From: Patescibacteria group bacterium | GTDB lineage: Bacteria; Patescibacteriota; Microgenomatia; UBA8517 | DNA: 64,000 bases | Direction: 5' to 3' | Assembly: GCA_022868165.1 (NCBI GenBank) | Contig: JALHYA010000017.1 | Location: 11,634-75,633, forward strand | In this document: in pieces, positions 58,173 through 64,000 of the stretch | Layout of the letters: each line of letters opens with the position of its first letter | Numbering within the stretch: the stretch's first letter is position 1 | Made by a program: the position numbers and the translations under genes | Notes under the pieces: model-generated | Database searches by the model: none | What the model saw: only the letters and a program-made list of their open reading frames with translations | What the model was told of the DNA's origin: nothing

Positions 58173-58234
58173 CTGAGTATTTGTTGGACAATTTTAGAAT
58201 AACGCAGGCGCTAGAAACAGTTGTAAAATGAAAC

Positions 58235-58399
58235 GTGTCATCAAAGACCACTTTTTATATAGCTGCCTTAATTGGTTCAGTAATCGGGGCTTACATACCG
58301 GCGCTCTGGGGAGCGGGTTTATTTTCGTTTTCCTCAGTTATTTTTAGTGCCATTGGAGGAATAGCCGGAATCGTAATCGTTTGGAAATTTTTTAAATAA
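58235..58399 (+). CDS. unlisted small glycine-zipper membrane protein (about 54 aa, GTG start)
   Basis: Own translation reads ...FYIAALIGSVIGAYIPALWGAGLFSFSSVIFSAIGGIAGIVIVWKFFK*. Two small-residue TM helices. Below the ORF-track cutoff. Confidence 0.35.
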   Translation: MSSKTTFYIAALIGSVIGAYIPALWGAGLFSFSSVIFSAIGGIAGIVIVWKFFK

Positions 58400-58733
58400 A
58401 ACTTTTCCGCAAGGGATTCATGAAAGAAGTAGGTTAAGGATAAAGGCGGCAGTAAAAAAAACCGCTCCGCCAAAACAAGGTGTCAGAAACGGATTGGGGG
58501 CCTTAATAGAACAACGACCGCTTCGGCATTTTATTTTCCCCTTTTTCCAATTAAGTAGCTCCGAGCCAAAATTAAACCAAGCAAAAAGAGTGCCCCCAAG
58601 AAGTACCCAGAATTGAATCCAAAGAATATCCATACTTCATTCTAAACAATTTTTGAAGAAAAATCTCAATGGAAATAATCTGCTCCACCTGGTAGATCGT
58701 AGATGGTGAGGCAATCGAACCACGACTTTGGAC

Positions 58734-59327
58734 CTATTTCTCTGTAAATCCGAGCTTCTCTCCAACTGTAAACTGAATAAGGCTGAAGATAATAAAGTTA
58801 ACAATAAGGAGGTAAATTATGAAACTAGAATTGGCAAAGGTTAATTCTGTTAGCGTTAATAAAGTGAGCACAACCCCTATTGAAGTAGCTAACCAAGGCC
58901 AAGCAATTTCTGTATCAGGATATTTATATGCCTTGACGATTGTCGGTACTGCTGCCAAACCATCTGCCAAAATACTAAAAACTATCGCTATATTCCCCAC
59001 TTTTGTTATTAACCATAGAATTAACCCCATGACAGATAAGAGTCCGCAAGACAAATCAAATCGTGTCAATTTCCATTCTGCTTTTTTATTTACAAATGAC
59101 GCAATGAGAATCGTAAATGGAAGAAACCCTGCGCTAAAGGTCATCAGTGCTTCCAAACCAACCCCTTGTTTAATTTGTGCGGCAAAAGCTATAAATGGCG
59201 CAATAGACCAAAGTAAAAAAGAAACCCTATTAGGCTTCACCTTACCCCTCAAAGTGCTTATTAAATAGACAAGCGAGCCAATTGCACTTATAAGAGTTCC
59301 AACAATTACAAAATTTGGATGTAACAT
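58734..59327 (-). CDS. hypothetical polytopic membrane protein
   Basis: 6 or more hydrophobic segments. Confidence 0.5.
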   Translation of the reverse strand: MLHPNFVIVGTLISAIGSLVYLISTLRGKVKPNRVSFLLWSIAPFIAFAAQIKQGVGLEALMTFSAGFLPFTILIASFVNKKAEWKLTRFDLSCGLLSVMGLILWLITKVGNIAIVFSILADGLAAVPTIVKAYKYPDTEIAWPWLATSIGVVLTLLTLTELTFANSSFIIYLLIVNFIIFSLIQFTVGEKLGFTEK

Positions 59328-59486
59328 CTTTTGAGTATATCAAAAGTTCTAATGCCGACTGAGGTATTGAAAAATTGAGGCTAAAATAAAATTTGAAAAC
59401 TCGTATAGGATATAAACATTCCCGGGAAGGTGGCGGAAAAAATTGTCAATTTTGAAGTAAAACCTACCCTTATATACAGATTATCT

Positions 59487-59729
59487 TTATTTAAATTTCG
59501 GGAAGATCTTTTTGATAAGATAGGCAATAAGTGTCAGTACTAGATAGAAAACGATAAAGAAGATGATAAAGTTAAGCACATAGTCGAGAATCTGTCTTGA
59601 AAGACTACGGGTGGCGATAATGTTGATATTTCTGGGGACAAAATTAAAAGCGTAAAACACAACAAGTAAGGAAGCGATTGCCGACACTAAAGCCCTTTTT
59701 TTAGAGATAAATATCTTCTTTCCCTTCAT
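59487..59729 (-). CDS. small membrane protein (80 aa)
   Basis: Two TM helices. Confidence 0.4.
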   Translation of the reverse strand: MKGKKIFISKKRALVSAIASLLVVFYAFNFVPRNINIIATRSLSRQILDYVLNFIIFFIVFYLVLTLIAYLIKKIFPKFK

Positions 59730-59750
59730 ATAAAGATTATATAATAAAAA

Positions 59751-60386
59751 ATGATGAAAAGATTTATTACCTTATTAGTATTTATAACAGCAATCCTCAT
59801 TTGTTTTTTTGTGTATCAAACATATCAGTATAATCGTCCCGTACCCAATGGAGCGGTGGCGTTAGAATTTCCTCTGAAAAATGGAGGTTTTATAGCCGTT
59901 CAAAGCGGCAGGTTTGGAAATATACATACCACCCCAGTTGAAAAATATGCTTTGGATATTGTAAGATCTCCCAGTTTAGCTTCATTTTTCAAATTTCGGC
60001 AGGCAGGTTTGGAGTCAGATGCTACGTATGGCACTCCGGTTTATAGTCCGTGTTTGGGTCGTGTAAAAAAAGTGAGAGATGGTATTTCCGACCAGCCGAT
60101 TGGAATAAAAAACCGTGCAGCCGGAAGCGGAAATACTGTAATTATTGGCTGTTTTGGCTTTGATGTCATGATGGCTCATTTTAAAATTAACTCAATCAAG
60201 GTAAAAGAGGGTGACCAAATTCAGATCGGAGAAGATATTGGTCAGATTGGTAATAGTGGGAACACCGACGGGCCTCATTTGCACATTGTGGCTTATCTTT
60301 CCAACGACTCAACCGGGGGAAAAATACCCTTGCCAATAACGTTTGCCGGAAAATATCTGCGTCGGGGTGACAATTTTACAAACTAA
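59751..60386 (+). CDS. M23 family metallopeptidase (LytM-like)
   Basis: GNSGNTDGPHLHI zinc-binding HxH motif and N-terminal TM. Confidence 0.8.
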   Translation: MMKRFITLLVFITAILICFFVYQTYQYNRPVPNGAVALEFPLKNGGFIAVQSGRFGNIHTTPVEKYALDIVRSPSLASFFKFRQAGLESDATYGTPVYSPCLGRVKKVRDGISDQPIGIKNRAAGSGNTVIIGCFGFDVMMAHFKINSIKVKEGDQIQIGEDIGQIGNSGNTDGPHLHIVAYLSNDSTGGKIPLPITFAGKYLRRGDNFTN

Positions 60387-60617
60387 GTTTTAGTAAAATG
60401 AAATATTGTGGAGTCTCAACCTTCTGTGTTGAACAGCTTTGAACACGGAAAAAATTAAGGTATATTAAGTGCCAACTGGCTCCTCGGGCAGGATTCCCTT
60501 CGGTAAACTCAGGGTAAATTTGTCGAATGAGCTTCACCCGACGGAGAATATTGGTAATATTAATACTTATTCCGGTGAAATTGATTTCGTTTAAGTTCTT
60601 ATCCATAATGCCTCTAT

Positions 60618-61070
60618 ATGTTGGAAAGAGAAACCTGTGCGTTGGCATCCGAAGAAGCATTGACAAGATCCTTGGAAAGTGCACGGTCATGGAGTAAAAA
60701 CGAGCTTGGTAGATATGTCCGAGGTGTTGTTTGTAAATTTAATTACGACATTTTCAGGTTTATCATTGATAATGAGCAAATGTCTGATATGTGTCTTGAT
60801 CCCAAAGAGGAAGGCTTGATTCGAGTTTCTCAAAAACAGCTGGATTTCATAAAACGACGACAAGAGGCTTTCAGCGGGATGATAGGGGCGGCTGAGGTTG
60901 ACCCTGAATCGATTTTTGTACACGAAATCACAGAGTTTATTGTGGACATTGATACCTCGGTATACCTACAAAATTGTGTACCCTTAACGAGATTTCCTCA
61001 TGATGTTGCCTGTATTGTAGAAAACGCCAACAGGAAAGAAAGAGGACTAAAACCCTGGTTTCACTACTAA
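60618..61070 (+). CDS. hypothetical protein (150 aa)
   Basis: No motif recognised. Confidence 0.4.
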   Translation: MLERETCALASEEALTRSLESARSWSKNELGRYVRGVVCKFNYDIFRFIIDNEQMSDMCLDPKEEGLIRVSQKQLDFIKRRQEAFSGMIGAAEVDPESIFVHEITEFIVDIDTSVYLQNCVPLTRFPHDVACIVENANRKERGLKPWFHY

Positions 61071-61177
61071 AAATAGGATCCTCCCAAGGAGCTTCTTGTG
61101 CAATTGAAAACTGGTAGCTCAAATCAGAGAGGAAATAGAAAAAGTAAAACCCAATCTTATTGCGCTTACTCCACGCA

Positions 61178-61468
61178 CTACTTCTTTTTAATGATTTGCT
61201 GTAAAAGCTTTGATCCTCCGAAAACGACTAAAGATACGACAAAGTAAATAATCAGGATAAACATTGCCATAACTAACAGAAGGTGAGGCTGTTGGAAATG
61301 TTGAAAGTAATCAATGATAACAGTTATTGGTCTATAGTGAGTAACGTATTGTCCGTTATTATATTGCTCTCTTAATATGGGTAAACACAAAACAAGGAAG
61401 GTAAGTAAAATATTAAGTAGCCGAGGCTTTAAAAAGTGGAGGCTTTTATACACTTTCATTACCATCAT
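61178..61468 (-). CDS. small membrane protein (96 aa)
   Basis: Two TM helices. Confidence 0.4.
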   Translation of the reverse strand: MMVMKVYKSLHFLKPRLLNILLTFLVLCLPILREQYNNGQYVTHYRPITVIIDYFQHFQQPHLLLVMAMFILIIYFVVSLVVFGGSKLLQQIIKKK

Positions 61469-61537
61469 TTTAACATAGCCTGCAATTCGTATTTTAAATG
61501 CAATCTTGCTCTATCTAATGGACAACATCAGAACCTA

Positions 61538-61873
61538 TTACTCTAGGAAGACGATATAGCCACCATTAGTTTTGGGTGTGTAATATCCTTCTACTTCATT
61601 TGAATTATTAGGTGTCCAACATTTCTTAGCTATTCTCCCTCGGAAGTTCCAATCTTCACCTGATGAATGTCCTTCGTCATTGAGGTTTAATTCTTCAATG
61701 AATAGCCACAGTGGTGTTGTTAATCGGGGTAGGGATTTTCTATTTGCTACAACAAATACATTACCTATCCAAAATTCTACGAACGAACGATTTTCGCCTT
61801 CTAATGGAACGAGTGAATTTCTCATTTCTACAATGCTGGGGCCCATTTCAATCCGATGTTCGAACTCTGCCAT
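61538..61873 (-). CDS. hypothetical protein (111 aa)
   Basis: No motif recognised. Confidence 0.4.
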   Translation of the reverse strand: MAEFEHRIEMGPSIVEMRNSLVPLEGENRSFVEFWIGNVFVVANRKSLPRLTTPLWLFIEELNLNDEGHSSGEDWNFRGRIAKKCWTPNNSNEVEGYYTPKTNGGYIVFLE

Positions 61874-62053
61874 AGAAATTATTGGTTGGAGTATATAACA
61901 AATATTCTAGTTTCGTCTAATTAGCCCCCGCTAAAGGACTTATTCATTAACCAAAAGATACAGTTTGATTATAACTTAGACGAGCTTAAACTCTTTATCA
62001 ACCAAATTGAAGGTCTAAATTCTTCGTTCTCTTTCGCATAATTGGTGTAAGAT

Positions 62054-62677
62054 TTACTTTTTAATCCCCTTGATTGTTTCCCATTTCTCTCTTGGACATT
62101 TCCTTGGCCAAGTTCTCCAGGCTTCCTTGTCTCTATACTGAGGAAACTCACCATCTTCTACCCAATGAAGTTTATTATCATCTTTTATGTGAGTTACAAA
62201 CTCTTTTCCGTTTAAGTGGTCAATCTCATGTTGAAAAATCCTGGCAACATAACCTGTATACTTTTCTTCAACTTTTTCTCCATCTTTTGTATATGCTTTT
62301 ATCTCGATAGATTTTGGTCTTGAAACAATGCCACAAACCCTATCTGTAGAAAAACAACCTTCATACCATTTTTCTTTTGTTTTTGATTTCCAAACAATTT
62401 CTGGATTTATAAAAACTCTCAGGTCTGAAACTTTTCCATGCCCGTCAGCGCCAACATCAACCAGAATTATTCTTTTTTGAATTTTAACTTGAGGAGCAGC
62501 AAGCCCAACTAAAACTGGCTTTTTTCTGTCACTCTGCTCTGGATACGCAAATTTAAGCATTTTCTCAATTATCTTTTGGGTCTTGGATGAAGTAATTTCT
62601 TTAACAGAGATTTTTTTAGCAGTCTTAACTAAAATTGGGTCATTTGGATAAGCGAAGCCTTTTCTGTGGACCGCCAT
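62054..62677 (-). CDS. def: peptide deformylase (leaderless start)
   Basis: GLAAPQV, EGCFS and QHEIDH motifs. Minus-strand TATAAT at 62684-62689 lies 6 nt upstream of ATG. Confidence 0.9.
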   Translation of the reverse strand: MAVHRKGFAYPNDPILVKTAKKISVKEITSSKTQKIIEKMLKFAYPEQSDRKKPVLVGLAAPQVKIQKRIILVDVGADGHGKVSDLRVFINPEIVWKSKTKEKWYEGCFSTDRVCGIVSRPKSIEIKAYTKDGEKVEEKYTGYVARIFQHEIDHLNGKEFVTHIKDDNKLHWVEDGEFPQYRDKEAWRTWPRKCPREKWETIKGIKK

Positions 62678-62894
62678 ATCGGGATTATACTACAAGTTCG
62701 AATCCTGCTTGGGATTGTCCAGTTTGATATGGTTTTCTGAGGCTAAAGACCGTGGCTAAGCGGGAAAGTGTCCTACGCTGGCGACAGCAAGGTGCAGAAT
62801 TGTACATTGCTCCCTAGCCCTGAAATTATCCTCCTTCGCGCAAGGCTTCGGCGGGACAAGTAATACAAGTTACAAATAGGATTGTTAAGGCGTT

Positions 62895-63902
62895 TCAGGA
62901 ATCCTTAATCAAGCTCCATGTGGCATATTCTTGGGGAGTTAATCTCAACTTTTTTGATGATTTTCTGCCGTATGACCTTGCAAAATGCGGAACCAAAATG
63001 TGCCTTTCATAGGACGAAATAATTACAGGGTGAATATAATACTTTCTGCATACTCTTTTGGTGTTGCCCAGGTGAACTGAGACCACGGCAACCACTTCAG
63101 AAATATTATTCTTAAGTTCGTTTTTGTCTTTGGCGTTTCCCTTCTTGTAAAGTGAATCCCCCGCCATAACGCTTCCGCCCCAAGTCCGAAAATCTTTTGC
63201 AGAAAAGTCCGCCCCCGTATGGGTTTTCAGATAATCATTTACATCCCCAGAATCCACCACTTGTGTGTTTTTGTCGCTATCGAAATATTGAAAAATCTCA
63301 TATCCGGGAATATCAAGACAGTCTTTCATGGTTTTTGCAACTCTCGAATTTGTCACATCAAGCTCATGGAAAACTCCGCTTTTTCCTTCAAAATTAAAGG
63401 TCAAAGTGTTACCTCTAACTTCTATATGTTTATCGCGCATGGTTGTAAGTCCGTATGACTGGTTTTCCTCGGCATACTCTTTGCTCCCCACCCTTATGAA
63501 AGTGTGTTCCAAAAGCCAAATTACAGTAGCAATGACACGGTCTTTCGTCAGCCTGCGTTCATTCATGTGGGCTTTTACTGTTTTCCTTAAAGTTGGGAGT
63601 CTTTCACCAAAGATTATCATTTGGTCAAATTTATGCTCCTGATTACGCTTTATCCACTCGGGATGATAAATGTACTGCTTGCGACCGCGGTCATCCACTC
63701 CGATTGCCTGAATATAATCCCAAGGATCGGCACTTATGACAACCTCGTGCCATGCGGGAGGGATTGCCAAGCCTAAAACCCGTGCTTTTGCAATTTTGGA
63801 AATGCGTTTTCCTTTTTCATTGATGAAGCCAAAACCCTTATCCTTTTTTATGCGACGCCAGGGAAGATTAGTATCTTTACGATAATGAACCTGAGACACC
63901 AT
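62895..63902 (-). CDS. DNA topoisomerase IB (poxvirus/Deinococcus type)
   Basis: N-terminal GFGFINEKGKRI...IPPAWHEV. Catalytic region KDFRTWGGS. HLGNTKRVCRKYYIHP with active-site Tyr. About 335 aa. Confidence 0.8.
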   Translation of the reverse strand: MVSQVHYRKDTNLPWRRIKKDKGFGFINEKGKRISKIAKARVLGLAIPPAWHEVVISADPWDYIQAIGVDDRGRKQYIYHPEWIKRNQEHKFDQMIIFGERLPTLRKTVKAHMNERRLTKDRVIATVIWLLEHTFIRVGSKEYAEENQSYGLTTMRDKHIEVRGNTLTFNFEGKSGVFHELDVTNSRVAKTMKDCLDIPGYEIFQYFDSDKNTQVVDSGDVNDYLKTHTGADFSAKDFRTWGGSVMAGDSLYKKGNAKDKNELKNNISEVVAVVSVHLGNTKRVCRKYYIHPVIISSYERHILVPHFARSYGRKSSKKLRLTPQEYATWSLIKDS

Positions 63903-64000
63903 TACAGTGTATCAGTTTTGCTTTAGAGGAAAATCACGGGTACTTTGCTCCGTGTTCCTAGTTTCGCTCTGACCACTGCTTTATCCCGTGTTCTCAAGGC

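Noticed and set aside
1-64000. CRISPR arrays, rRNA genes, reverse transcriptase/DGR, classic IS transposases
   Set aside because: No regularly spaced direct repeats, no rRNA-like conserved stretches, and no YADD or DDE-type proteins were seen by eye on either strand.

Overview
The window is a gene-dense, mostly minus-strand bacterial segment. Its character (small compact proteome, many leaderless TATAAT-N6-ATG starts, archaeal-type TIM, eukaryotic-type class I FBA, split transketolase, B12-dependent RNR, ATP-dependent DNA ligase, topoisomerase IB, ArnT/PMT-like and M23/CAP-domain envelope proteins) fits a Patescibacteria/CPR-like genome. This is an inference only.

Main blocks:
1. 35-6983: a thioredoxin system next to a CsoR-controlled copper module. 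It holds a CPH-type P1B ATPase, a DUF1573 protein, two paralogous CPxC membrane proteins, and a perfect C6/G7 palindrome as candidate CsoR operator.
2. 9.4-24.8 kb: housekeeping and repair genes (pth, pcm, EndoQ-like PHP nuclease, ATP-dependent ligase, Fic, nnrD, recF, fpg, GT4, 5'-3' exonuclease, ftsH, trpS).
3. 24.85-27.02 kb: an unusual tRNA locus. Two tRNA genes each appear interrupted by an insertion carrying a complete different tRNA (tRNA-Met CAU; tRNA-Ile UAU). The locus also has duplicated tRNA 3'-end repeats, a 3x repeated 16-nt motif, and a Xer-like tyrosine recombinase.
4. 27.9-30.6 kb: a two-gene operon of a T4SS-coupling-protein-like ATPase plus a small anchored protein.
5. 30.6-34.4 kb: nrdR-nrdJ with a PduO adenosyltransferase and a DUF1653 protein.
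6. 37.5-43.8 kb: a peptidoglycan module of tandem PBP1A paralogs that share a conserved leader motif. The second paralog has an in-frame TAA at a conserved Trp codon. A class-A-like serine hydrolase sits nearby.
7. 43.9-54.4 kb: a glycolysis/PPP cluster.
8. 54.4-64.0 kb: envelope, peptide-deformylase and topoisomerase IB genes, plus several unexplained structured intergenic regions.

No CRISPR arrays, rRNA genes or reverse transcriptases were seen.
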